Part shown: positions 18,481 through 27,020 of the stretch, one piece after another
Position numbering within the stretch: the stretch's first letter is position 1
How the letters are laid out: each line of letters begins with the position of its first letter
Virus record (IMG/VR): IMGVR_UViG_3300026546_000010
Coordinates: 1-39,925 of that record
Reading direction: 5' to 3' (one strand)
DNA: 39,925 bases
From: a virus
Taxonomy: Duplodnaviria > Caudoviricetes
Translations under genes and position numbers: made by a program
The notes under the pieces: model-generated
The model's database searches: none
What the model saw: only the letters and a program-made list of their open reading frames with translations
Told to the model about the DNA's origin: nothing

Positions 18481-19236
18481 CTAACTAAATAAACTTTCAG
18501 TAAAGAACTTACGAATAGAATCTTCATTGCTCTGAAATCCATCATCATTATAGTTAAATATGAAACAGGACGAAGATGAGTTTAGTGCCTCAGCAGAGAA
18601 GGTTGAGCCTTCTCCCTCACGACTGTGAACACGATAAACATAATCATCATAAGGAACAGAAGAAATTTCATCTTTGAAATGATTATAATATATGTTCTCA
18701 AAAACAGCAGGACCAGTTGCTTGGTCAAGAAGTCCATATTCAGCAATAATATCAAGCACCTTGTTCTTGCGAAAGAAGAATGGCATGTGCGTTACAAAGT
18801 CAGTAATGACTTCATCTCTTTTCTTGGCGACAAGATAATATGAATAATTTAAAAAGAACTCAAAACCATGAGCATCTTGAATTTCAGTAAATGATGTATT
18901 GCGATGATATATTGTTTTAAGCATTTCATCCGTTGTCTCTTTAACAAGAAACATATCATCATGAATCAATATAAATTCATCTTCAGGAAAAAAGTTAAAA
19001 GAATAAACTACCTTAGAAAGAACCTCTTTCGGCGAATACGATTTGGGTTTCTGCGAATAGTCTATATAAGAAATATTCTTAGAATGAAACTCCTCTTTAA
19101 CATGTGCAGGGGTATTTCCAACAACAAATAGCTTGTCGGTAAACCCATATCTCCATTGAAACAACGATCGTATAGCCATTCTAAGATTATAAACATCGTC
19201 ATCAGTACGCTTTAAAAACGGTAAAACAAAAATCAT
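18481..19236 (-). CDS. Stealth-like/GT-A-like sugar(-phosphate) transferase
   Basis: LRMAIRSL, LFVVG..P, FILIHDDMFL, THMP motifs; start MIFVLPF after AAGGA. Confidence 0.55.
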   Translation of the reverse strand: MIFVLPFLKRTDDDVYNLRMAIRSLFQWRYGFTDKLFVVGNTPAHVKEEFHSKNISYIDYSQKPKSYSPKEVLSKVVYSFNFFPEDEFILIHDDMFLVKETTDEMLKTIYHRNTSFTEIQDAHGFEFFLNYSYYLVAKKRDEVITDFVTHMPFFFRKNKVLDIIAEYGLLDQATGPAVFENIYYNHFKDEISSVPYDDYVYRVHSREGEGSTFSAEALNSSSSCFIFNYNDDGFQSNEDSIRKFFTESLFS

Positions 19237-19238
19237 AT

Positions 19239-19628
19239 CTATTCCTTTGGTAGGGGTTCTAAACAAAAATCTTCATATGCGTTGATGAGTTTTGTATACT
19301 TTTTGTACCGTGGTGCCATTGCATTATATCCAAAAACAAACGAAGCGTTAAATATTTTAGCAACAGAAGGAGCGAAGCTGTAATATCCAAGGGAGACAAC
19401 ATATCTTCCAAATGCATTCATTTTTCTCTTGCCAACAAGATCATAATAAATATCATGAAACCTATTAACAAGGGCATCAAATTCCTTAACGAAAGCATTA
19501 TACCCATCACAGTAATTACCATTACCTAGATCCATCATGTGATCATATATGTCCCTATGGTAATGCCTCATTGTGGCAAATGTTGCTTTCTGAATTTCTA
19601 ACGATTCCTCACACTCTGTTCTAGTCAT
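19239..19628 (-). CDS. Hypothetical protein
   Basis: 129-aa ORF tightly packed in the operon. Confidence 0.6.
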   Translation of the reverse strand: MTRTECEESLEIQKATFATMRHYHRDIYDHMMDLGNGNYCDGYNAFVKEFDALVNRFHDIYYDLVGKRKMNAFGRYVVSLGYYSFAPSVAKIFNASFVFGYNAMAPRYKKYTKLINAYEDFCLEPLPKE

Positions 19629-19633
19629 TTTGC

Positions 19634-20125
19634 CTATCTCCCTGTACTGCCAAATCCACCTGTACGTTCTACTTTCTCACCTACAGCTATCATTCCCGTA
19701 TTGTGGCTCATTAAAATTGCCTGACCTATTCTGTCACCCTTGTGAACATGGTATGGATCATCGCTATTTATATTGGTAATAACCATTTTAATTTCATTTG
19801 GATAGTCCAAATCAACGATGCCGACACCATTTGCAAGTATAAGTCCCCTCAAAGAGAGAGAGCTACGAATCATCAACTGAAGGTAGCTTGAAGCCATGAA
19901 CACCTCATATACATGTTTAATGTCCATGCCAAATCCATAATCTGAATCGTTGATTTTATCCAAAATTGCTTGAGTATCTATAACGATACCAAGACCAACA
20001 AGTTTTGTTTGCCCAATTTCAATACTAACATCTTCGTTGGCATATAAATCAACAGCCGCTGAATACTTTGTACTACGTTTAGGTGGGGTTCCGCCATTAA
20101 TTGTTTTCAGTATTTCGTACTTCAT
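19634..20125 (-). CDS. dut: Trimeric dUTPase
   Basis: All five motifs: AAVDL, RSS, GIVDLDY, RIGQ, RTGGFGSTG. Confidence 0.93.
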   Translation of the reverse strand: MKYEILKTINGGTPPKRSTKYSAAVDLYANEDVSIEIGQTKLVGLGIVIDTQAILDKINDSDYGFGMDIKHVYEVFMASSYLQLMIRSSLSLRGLILANGVGIVDLDYPNEIKMVITNINSDDPYHVHKGDRIGQAILMSHNTGMIAVGEKVERTGGFGSTGR

Positions 20126-20751
20126 TTGTTTGATTCCTTTTTGTGTAATTCATTGCAGTATTTGTTAGCCTTGTCCCAAGTCACTTCTGTCTTGGAGGAC
20201 TCAGACCACTCTAATTTTCCCTTCTTTATCCTTTTGACACAACGAACATAGGATGCACTATACTTATAGAAACTGTTCGTATATCCACTGTTGAAATTAA
20301 TAAACCACGCCATATGTGGATTATCAGCACGTATTGTAGAGCTCCAGTATGCCTTAGAAACAAAGCCATTTATCTTCAAGCCACCTTTGTCGTAATCAAA
20401 CATACCTTGAAGCTCCATAATTGTTGGCAGCTTCCATTCTATGTTCAATTCATTACAATATTGGTTTGCCTTGTCCCAAGACATCGCGGATTCAGAAGAT
20501 TCTGACCATATTAAGTCACCAGTTTCGGTCTCTCTGACACAACGCACACAAAAAGTAAAGGATTTATCATAATAATCTGTATGACCATTGTCAAAATCGA
20601 CGACCCATGCAACGCCAGTTTTGTATGCATATGTGGTAGAACCCCAGTAATCATCTGAATTGAAGCCACTTATCTTCGGCTTCCCTTTCTCTCTATCAAA
20701 CATGCGAGAGAGTTCATCTATTGTCGGTAGCCTCCACTTACCTCTCATCAT
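20122..20751 (-). CDS. DUF1566 (Lcl C-terminal, C-type lectin fold) protein, two permuted units
   Basis: Two copies of W(R/K)LPT..EL...YW.ST...AW...F..G...VRCV...L.WS....W..A..YC. Confidence 0.85.
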   Translation of the reverse strand: MMRGKWRLPTIDELSRMFDREKGKPKISGFNSDDYWGSTTYAYKTGVAWVVDFDNGHTDYYDKSFTFCVRCVRETETGDLIWSESSESAMSWDKANQYCNELNIEWKLPTIMELQGMFDYDKGGLKINGFVSKAYWSSTIRADNPHMAWFINFNSGYTNSFYKYSASYVRCVKRIKKGKLEWSESSKTEVTWDKANKYCNELHKKESNK

Positions 20752-21665
20752 TCATCCTTTTACAGTGTTCGCTTGCTTCATCCCACGTCATTTTATTTTC
20801 AAGGGATTTAGACCACTTGAGACCCCCATCGTCACCTTCCCTAACACAACGCACGTAACAGCTACCGTCCTTATCGTAGTTGCTCTGGTAGCCATTGTAG
20901 AAATCGACATACCACGCATAGCCGGTGTAGCCTTCATAGGTGGTAGAAGACCAGTAATAGTCAGACGCGAATCCATCTATTTTTGGCTTGCTATCTTCGT
21001 AATCAAAAACACCTTGTAGCTCATTGACTGTTGGCAATCGCCATTTACTTTTCATTGCTTAGCCTTTCGCAGTATTTCTTTGCTTCGCTCCATGTCATTT
21101 CATCTTTAGAGGGTCTTGACCATTCCAGCTTACCCTTTTCAATTTCCTTAACGCAACGGACGTAATAGGTGAAGGACTTACCGTTGTAGTCCGTGTTGCC
21201 AGTATGGAAATAGACGATCCACGCATAGTCTGTGTGGTGGACATGCGTAGTAGAACTCCAATAGCCGTTCGAGGTGAATCCATCTATTTTTGGCTTCCCA
21301 CATTCATAATCGAAAGCATTACGTAGCTCCTCTATGGTTGGCAAACGCAAGTTACTTTTTTCATTGTTCAGCTCCTCGCAATATTTCTTTGCTTCGCTCA
21401 ATGTCATTCTATTTTTGGTAGATTCCGACCATTTCAATTTACCTTTTTTATTTTCTCTCACACAGCGCACGCAATAGGTACTAAGCTTATTGCCGTTGTA
21501 CGCGTAGCCACGATGGAAATGAACGATCCATACACCGTTCATATTGTGAGAATACGGGGTAGAGCTCCAATAGTAGTATGGAGTAAATCCATCTACTTTT
21601 GGTCTTCCATTTTTGTAATCAAACGCTTCATGAAGTTCATCCACTGTTGGTAAACGCCAGTTTCC
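20130..21665 (-). repeat. Tandem array of five ~300-bp DUF1566 units
   Basis: Protein-level repeat; shared DNA such as AAAATAGATGGATTC and GCAGTATTTCTTTGCTTCGCTC / GCAATATTTCTTTGCTTCGCTC. Confidence 0.85.
20738..21055 (-). CDS. DUF1566 protein, single permuted unit
   Basis: WRLPTVNEL...YWSSTT...AWYVDFYNG...YVRCVR...LKWS...MTWDEASEHC. Confidence 0.85.
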   Translation of the reverse strand: MKSKWRLPTVNELQGVFDYEDSKPKIDGFASDYYWSSTTYEGYTGYAWYVDFYNGYQSNYDKDGSCYVRCVREGDDGGLKWSKSLENKMTWDEASEHCKRMNDER

Positions 21666-21992
21666 ACTTTTACCACTTTCGTAGGTGTATTTCTTAGTTT
21701 CCACAATCTCACAAGCTTTTACGACATACTCTTTAAGTATCGTATTGCTAAATCGTTTTGCCGCGTCAATCATCTTTTTAGAGGGGACTGTTCCGTCGCC
21801 ATCAATGTCACCGTATTCTTCGTCAAGGTCCTCTATCAATGGAGACAGGATGTCATTTATTGGATCAATACTTGCTTGCTTCGTTTTAAGCCTATTTACA
21901 ACCACGGGAAAGTTCAAGTTGCCCTCTGCTTCAATCGCTTCTTTAGGCGTATCATATAGATTGTCAGTTCCCTCTACTGCGTAATATGTCAT
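21045..21992 (-). CDS. Acidic phage domain fused to two DUF1566 units
   Basis: Start MTYYAVEG at 21992 (RBS AAGGA); two RLPT...VRCV...MT units. Confidence 0.82.
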   Translation of the reverse strand: MTYYAVEGTDNLYDTPKEAIEAEGNLNFPVVVNRLKTKQASIDPINDILSPLIEDLDEEYGDIDGDGTVPSKKMIDAAKRFSNTILKEYVVKACEIVETKKYTYESGKSGNWRLPTVDELHEAFDYKNGRPKVDGFTPYYYWSSTPYSHNMNGVWIVHFHRGYAYNGNKLSTYCVRCVRENKKGKLKWSESTKNRMTLSEAKKYCEELNNEKSNLRLPTIEELRNAFDYECGKPKIDGFTSNGYWSSTTHVHHTDYAWIVYFHTGNTDYNGKSFTYYVRCVKEIEKGKLEWSRPSKDEMTWSEAKKYCERLSNEK

Positions 21993-22036
21993 TTGTTCAT
22001 CCTTGTATTCTTCTTCTGTTTTCAAAAAAACATGAA

Positions 22037-22645
22037 TTATACACCTCCACCAAGCAAAGGAGGCAGTGTATTTGCAAGCTGGAGGAGGGGTTCCTTCCAG
22101 CGACCCCACCATTCCAAGGATTCAAGATCCATTCCATCAATTACATTGTCGGGGAAATTCTTCCATTCCTCAATAAGATACCGTTTGCACCCTATCTTCA
22201 TATGGTTGTCAACGATAACCACAACATACTTACCGGTATAAACTAAGAGATACTTTTCTGTTGGAAAGCCAAAAATCTTCATCTCTGGAACGTGCATTGT
22301 TTGAACAACAATAGCTTCATTGGCTTGAACAAATTCAGCCTCTATAATATCAGCCTTTAGGCGATTGGTAACGAGTCGTCTGCATACAATCTTATTTGCA
22401 ACAACGCTTCTTGCTTCAAATTCGTTAACTTTAAAACAATTCCCAGTGACTGTAATAACATGAGCTTTGAGCTTGAGGTTACCATAGAGACCTTTTCCTG
22501 CTTTGATATGACCTCTAACCTTTAGGCGAGGAACAATGATCTCAATATCATCATCACAAACAATGCTTTCATCCAGAACATACCATTCTTCGTTATCTAT
22601 CGTTTCCGTATAGATGCCAGGATAATTTGTGTTTATTACCATCAT
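22037..22645 (-). CDS. Beta-helix-like protein with C-terminal IGC..W..F.D..I..MD...WW domain
   Basis: Short alternating hydrophobic repeats; the C-terminal domain resembles that on phage pentapeptide-repeat proteins. Confidence 0.55.
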   Translation of the reverse strand: MMVINTNYPGIYTETIDNEEWYVLDESIVCDDDIEIIVPRLKVRGHIKAGKGLYGNLKLKAHVITVTGNCFKVNEFEARSVVANKIVCRRLVTNRLKADIIEAEFVQANEAIVVQTMHVPEMKIFGFPTEKYLLVYTGKYVVVIVDNHMKIGCKRYLIEEWKNFPDNVIDGMDLESLEWWGRWKEPLLQLANTLPPLLGGGV

Positions 22646-22656
22646 ATATCCTTGTA

Positions 22657-23112
22657 TTATATTTCATTTGCACCAAACATTGCTCCATCATGAGAGATAA
22701 GCATTGCATCAGCAACAATACTCCCCTCTGGAATGACAATATCATTGGGGCTCAAATTGTGCAAAGGTAGGTACAAGTTGCCAACACTATTCAGTGGAAT
22801 GGCAATGGAACCCCCCGCAACAACAGCACCAAGTTCTCCAAGAGAGGGCTTAACAGTAAACGTTAGAAATCGAGAGCGAATGAATTCATTAACAAAATCA
22901 TTCTTACGTTTATTGTAATGGAACGACCCGTACTCATATTTAGCAATGATCAACTCCAGTAGCTTGTCATAGTTGATTTTAACACCAAGATCAATCTTGA
23001 CAATTGCCTGAGACTCCACTTTGTAGTCATGTACTGCAAATACATTTACGCCGGGAGAATAAAAGTTGCCACGAAACGGGGTGAATTTCTCATTAGATGC
23101 CTGTAATATCAT
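22657..23112 (-). CDS. Degenerate dUTPase paralog (catalytic motifs lost)
   Basis: Aligns end to end with the 19634 dUTPase (SPGVNV~SAAVDL, KPSL~RSSL, AMLISH~AILMSH) but lacks DxDY, Q and motif V. Confidence 0.7.
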   Translation of the reverse strand: MILQASNEKFTPFRGNFYSPGVNVFAVHDYKVESQAIVKIDLGVKINYDKLLELIIAKYEYGSFHYNKRKNDFVNEFIRSRFLTFTVKPSLGELGAVVAGGSIAIPLNSVGNLYLPLHNLSPNDIVIPEGSIVADAMLISHDGAMFGANEI

Positions 23113-23596
23113 CATGAACTCCAACTTCTTTCACATACATATCAAACGCAACAATAATCTCCTTGCTGCATGATTGGTGAATGAGCTTTTTAAGATTATG
23201 CTGAAGTCTTTGCACCTCACCATAATATGCCTCCATAGCTTGGTAATGTTCTGCCTCAGCAGACTCCTCTGGTCCAATTGTCGCAAACTCGTGTATTTTT
23301 CCAAGCATATTTTTCCTTTCGTCATCAGATATATCCGCTTTCTCGATAATTAAGCGAATAAGAGCATACGCTTGAATAGCGTATTGTTCTTTCATTTCAG
23401 CAGAAGATTCCTGGGACATAAAAGCCTCATAAGTTGGTCTGAAATCATTAATTGCATTTTGTTGACTACTATCAAATAGTATCTTGTGAAAAGACTCATT
23501 TGATGCTTCATAGTTCTTTAAATTCAAATGAAGATCCTTGAGAGAAATCTCATTTATTCGCTGAAACTGTTGAATGCATTTTTGTACATCAATCAT
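23093..23596 (-). CDS. Hypothetical helical protein
   Basis: Start MIDVQKC after GAGGAG; overlaps both neighbours. Confidence 0.6.
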   Translation of the reverse strand: MIDVQKCIQQFQRINEISLKDLHLNLKNYEASNESFHKILFDSSQQNAINDFRPTYEAFMSQESSAEMKEQYAIQAYALIRLIIEKADISDDERKNMLGKIHEFATIGPEESAEAEHYQAMEAYYGEVQRLQHNLKKLIHQSCSKEIIVAFDMYVKEVGVHDDITGI

Positions 23597-24293
23597 TGTC
23601 GTACTCCTCAATGAGTTCAATTACTCTCTTGATCCCACCCTCTTCAAGAAACGGTTCAGGATAAAAATCCTCTGGTGTTTTCACACTAAGATTTTTACTG
23701 TCCTTTGTCTTTGACAATTGAAGTCGGTATTTAAGACCAGTAAGGCTTTCCTCATCATCATCGTTTGTGATATTAGTATAAATTACAAACTGGAAGAATG
23801 ACTCAATACCAACATTTTTAGTTGATCCCTTTACAAATGCCTTAATAGGAATTTGATTATTCTCAAGATCACCTTCTACAGTATGAGAAAGAAAGATCCA
23901 TGTTTTCTTTGAGGTGCTAGTAGCAAAATCAAGCAGCTCAAACAAAGCTTGTTGATAAACCTTCCCCCAAGCACCACGACTATCATCTGAATTGACAACA
24001 TATTTTTGCTCAAGCTTACGAAGCCAATGAGACAAAGTGTCAACAATAATATACTCACTGGCAGGATCATCTTCGAGCAACTGGAGGTTGTTGACCAAGG
24101 TCAAGGGATCAGTGGGGACAATCCAATCATGAATTTTGTTTTTCCCACGAAAAGGTAAAGCATTTTTACCATCAATGTCAATAAAGGTGATCTTTTCACC
24201 TTCCGCCATTACTAGCTCTTTCAAAGAGAACGTTTTACCAGTTCCACTTCCTCCAAGAACAAGTAGTGTTTTTTTGTTGGTTGTAACAGACAT
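23589..24293 (-). CDS. AAA-24/Sak4-like ATPase (N4 gp44-like)
   Basis: Walker A GGSGTGKT, IDIDGK, Walker B IIVDTLS, IFLSH; start MSVTT after AAGGA. Confidence 0.8.
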   Translation of the reverse strand: MSVTTNKKTLLVLGGSGTGKTFSLKELVMAEGEKITFIDIDGKNALPFRGKNKIHDWIVPTDPLTLVNNLQLLEDDPASEYIIVDTLSHWLRKLEQKYVVNSDDSRGAWGKVYQQALFELLDFATSTSKKTWIFLSHTVEGDLENNQIPIKAFVKGSTKNVGIESFFQFVIYTNITNDDDEESLTGLKYRLQLSKTKDSKNLSVKTPEDFYPEPFLEEGGIKRVIELIEEYDND

Positions 24294-24340
24294 GTGAATC
24301 CTTTTTTTTGTTTTTACTGTCAGTGTGCATATTAACACAC

Positions 24341-24484
24341 ATTTGCAAAAATAGTAATAAATTTCATAAAAAAATATACTATTCTTGCAAATACATGTAG
24401 TAAGTAGAAGAAGTAAGCATTAAACAAACCAAAGGTTATTCTTGCAATTCTTTTGCATAAGTTTCAATATGGTATTATGCATAA
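24341..24484. promoter_or_regulatory. Divergent promoter region with inverted repeat and extended -10
   Basis: ATTTGCAAAAATAGTA (24341-56) / TACTATTCTTGCAAAT (24377-92), 15/16 inverted; third TATTCTTGCAA copy at ~24437; TGGTATTAT at 24470-78. Confidence 0.5.
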
Positions 24485-24517
24485 CAATCAAAAAAAAAGT
24501 GATAAATTATGATAAAT

Positions 24518-24988
24518 ATGTTGGATAAAATACTCTGTACAATTAAAGGCTTTGGAACAATGATGTTGGGCATGTTTGCGGGGGTTCTCACCTATGCAGA
24601 CATAGACAAAGATGTGTTCAAGCTCTATACGCTGTTTTTATTCATCGATGTAGGTACAGGATTATATAAAGCATATAGATTGAAAGTCAAGATAGAATCA
24701 TCAAAAATGATCGAACGAATTTCTGCAAAAATTATAACACTATTTATTCCAGTTCTTATCGGAGTTGCCGTCAAGATGATGGAAGGAGATTGGCACTTCT
24801 TCTATACATATGTTATGAATCTGCTCATAGTAGCAGAAGTATATAGCATCATCGGTAACGCATACTCTGGAGCAACCAAACAGGATATTCCTGAGTGGGA
24901 TGCAGTAACGGACATAACCAAGTTCATAAGAAATTTAGTTTTCAAAGAAAGGACAACATCAAATGAATTGGATGATAGACAAAATTAA
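24518..24988 (+). CDS. Holin (phage holin family 4-like)
   Basis: Three hydrophobic segments; ID..TG..KA...I.SSK...KI and E.YSIIGN pattern; first gene of the lysis cassette (alternative TTG start at 24509). Confidence 0.8.
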   Translation: MLDKILCTIKGFGTMMLGMFAGVLTYADIDKDVFKLYTLFLFIDVGTGLYKAYRLKVKIESSKMIERISAKIITLFIPVLIGVAVKMMEGDWHFFYTYVMNLLIVAEVYSIIGNAYSGATKQDIPEWDAVTDITKFIRNLVFKERTTSNELDDRQN

Positions 24989-25229
24989 GTCATATGCACA
25001 GTGGGGATGGATAGCCATCTCAACCATACTTGGGGGGTTCCTGTTTCTACAAAACAAGCAACTCAAGAATAATAATGAAGATCTTCAAGCAGAGAATAAC
25101 TACCTGCACCTAAAGAATAAAACCGTTAAAGCACAAACAAAAGTAGATGATAGTCTTAGCAGCGCAAAAGACATTTACAAATTGGAACCACAGGAGAACC
25201 CCAATGAAATCGTTACTGTTGACGCTTAG
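24963..25229 (+). CDS. Inner-membrane spanin (Rz-like)
   Basis: N-terminal TM helix then coiled coil; overlaps a lipoprotein gene. Confidence 0.6.
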   Translation: MNWMIDKIKSYAQWGWIAISTILGGFLFLQNKQLKNNNEDLQAENNYLHLKNKTVKAQTKVDDSLSSAKDIYKLEPQENPNEIVTVDA

Positions 25230-25440
25230 CATTGTCGCAATATCAGGATGCGCAACCAATCAAAAATATATTGGTTTAAAACAATACACATTGCCAATTC
25301 TACCAACCGAGAAAAAACTCAAGGTGGAGAAACGAGGAGCAATTCTTATCAAGAATCTACGAAAACAAAATGAATTCTATCGATTCCAAGTCAAGCAAAA
25401 CAACAATCTCCTAAAGGAAAATAATGCCACACATTTTTAA
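25204..25440 (+). CDS. Outer-membrane spanin lipoprotein (Rz1-like)
   Basis: MKSLLLTLSIVAISGC lipobox; RBS AGGAG; Pro-containing segment. Confidence 0.65.
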   Translation: MKSLLLTLSIVAISGCATNQKYIGLKQYTLPILPTEKKLKVEKRGAILIKNLRKQNEFYRFQVKQNNNLLKENNATHF

Positions 25441-26239
25441 AATGCCAATGTCTCTTAAATTTCTCCAGCAGTCCCTTCAACTTAAAGGGCTTTACACAGG
25501 ACAAATAGATGGACGATATGGCCCAATGACAAAAAAAGCCATTATATCGTTACAAAAAGTTTTGCATGGATATAATGTCTTTTGGTCAAAATATACAGGC
25601 ATATATGATGAACAAACGCAGGAGGCTGTTGCAAGATGGCAACAGCTACACCCACCTCTAATACCAGACGGAATCATAGGTCCAAAAACAATGGAGGCTC
25701 TCATCCCATCCCATATAGCAGACAGGGAGGACATAAGAGAAAGCCATAATACCTACAGGTCTCAAGCAACTGGACGACACTACCCCCATGAATCAAGGGC
25801 AGCAGAATACTATGGTCATCCAGGGAGAAACCAAACAAGAATTCTTCTACCATACAAAGTAAAAATTGCATGGAATACAGATAAAAAAATTAACCGAATT
25901 ACATGTCATAAGCTCATCGCTGAGGACTTACAGGGGGTTTATGAAGAAACACTGAAGGAATATGGCCTCGATGGCATTCAACAGCTAGGATTGGATCTAT
26001 GGGGTGGGGTTCTCAACGTAAGAAGGATACGAGGCGGAACTCGTTATTCTATGCATGCATATGGAATAGCAGAGGATATTGATCCAGCACACAATCAGCT
26101 TAGATGGCACACACCTAAAGCTAGGTTATCTGGACTTGAATATCAACGATATTGGGAAATATGTGAATATCATGGAGCATACTCTCTAGGCAGAGAGAGG
26201 AATTATGATTGGATGCACAAACAATGGGCTCATCGCTAA
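25424..26239 (+). CDS. Endolysin: peptidoglycan-binding domains plus M15-family peptidase
   Basis: DGRYGPMT and DGIIGPKT PG-binding repeats; R..RGG...SMHAYGIAEDID and DWMH zinc motifs. Confidence 0.88.
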   Translation: MPHIFKMPMSLKFLQQSLQLKGLYTGQIDGRYGPMTKKAIISLQKVLHGYNVFWSKYTGIYDEQTQEAVARWQQLHPPLIPDGIIGPKTMEALIPSHIADREDIRESHNTYRSQATGRHYPHESRAAEYYGHPGRNQTRILLPYKVKIAWNTDKKINRITCHKLIAEDLQGVYEETLKEYGLDGIQQLGLDLWGGVLNVRRIRGGTRYSMHAYGIAEDIDPAHNQLRWHTPKARLSGLEYQRYWEICEYHGAYSLGRERNYDWMHKQWAHR

Positions 26240-26589
26240 ACATCAACATAAATGTTGGCAAGCGGAAACAATCTACATGCAGCAAGGTAGTCAGAGGCTA
26301 CCTCTAAGAGATCATCGAAAGAACCCCAATTGTTCTCAGGAGAATAATTGAGAAGCTCTTTTTTGTTTTTGTGCATAGTCTCAAGCCCATTTGCTATCGG
26401 GTCAATTAGATCTCCTGCTTTTTGAGCCCCAAGTTCATTGGGTCTCCACAGGGGAAGATACAGACCAGCTGCTTCCGCCATCTCTGTAAGATTATGGGTG
26501 ATCCCGCTATTAAATACTTCAAAATAAGCCTCTGGAGCGGCAACACTTCCCGTCTTTACAGTAAATTCAAGAGAAATATTTAATCCCAT
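26236..26589 (-). CDS. Conserved phage protein (ITHNL..MA family)
   Basis: ITHNLTEMAEAAGLY..LW.P...PENNWGS...YLAAC..FP. Confidence 0.7.
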   Translation of the reverse strand: MGLNISLEFTVKTGSVAAPEAYFEVFNSGITHNLTEMAEAAGLYLPLWRPNELGAQKAGDLIDPIANGLETMHKNKKELLNYSPENNWGSFDDLLEVASDYLAACRLFPLANIYVDV

Positions 26590-26627
26590 TATAATTACTC
26601 CAATAAAATAAAAATCAAAATTCCTAA

Positions 26628-26649
26628 TCCAACTTCAAAGGAAGTTGGA
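26628..26649 (-). terminator. Perfect 9-bp hairpin, probable terminator
   Basis: TCCAACTTC-N4-GAAGTTGGA with a T-rich tract downstream on the minus strand. Confidence 0.55.
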
Positions 26650-26653
26650 ATAA

Positions 26654-27007
26654 CTACCTCTTAACCTCTATCTTTGCCACTGGAAAGTCTTTGCAAGCAG
26701 CAAGATATTCCTTGGCAAACTGTAGTAGGTCTTCAGAGGTTCCTTTTTTACTTCTTGGCTCAAGATACGAAAAGTATTTTCGTTCTTTGATTAAAATGTC
26801 TATACCCTTTTGAAGATGCTCAATTAAGTCACTAGCCTGTACAGCCCCAAGAGAGCTTGGGTCCCATATGGGATCGTATAGGCTCGACTCTATAGCTATT
26901 CCAGTTAAAATGTTCTCGATTTTACCAGTATAGACTTCAGTCGCCTCATGTGAATGCTCATTATCGCTTGTGTCAGACACAAGATATAGCAAGACATTTA
27001 ATGTCAT
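26654..27007 (-). CDS. Tandem paralog of 26236..26589
   Basis: Same length (117 aa); shared LY.P.W.P..LGA..A.DLI and YLAAC..FP.A.I. Confidence 0.7.
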   Translation of the reverse strand: MTLNVLLYLVSDTSDNEHSHEATEVYTGKIENILTGIAIESSLYDPIWDPSSLGAVQASDLIEHLQKGIDILIKERKYFSYLEPRSKKGTSEDLLQFAKEYLAACKDFPVAKIEVKR

Positions 27008-27020
27008 TTAATACTCCTTT

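Noticed and set aside
20122-22112. Complete DGR in this window
   Set aside because: No reverse transcriptase motif and no AAC-rich template repeat found here; only target-like regions
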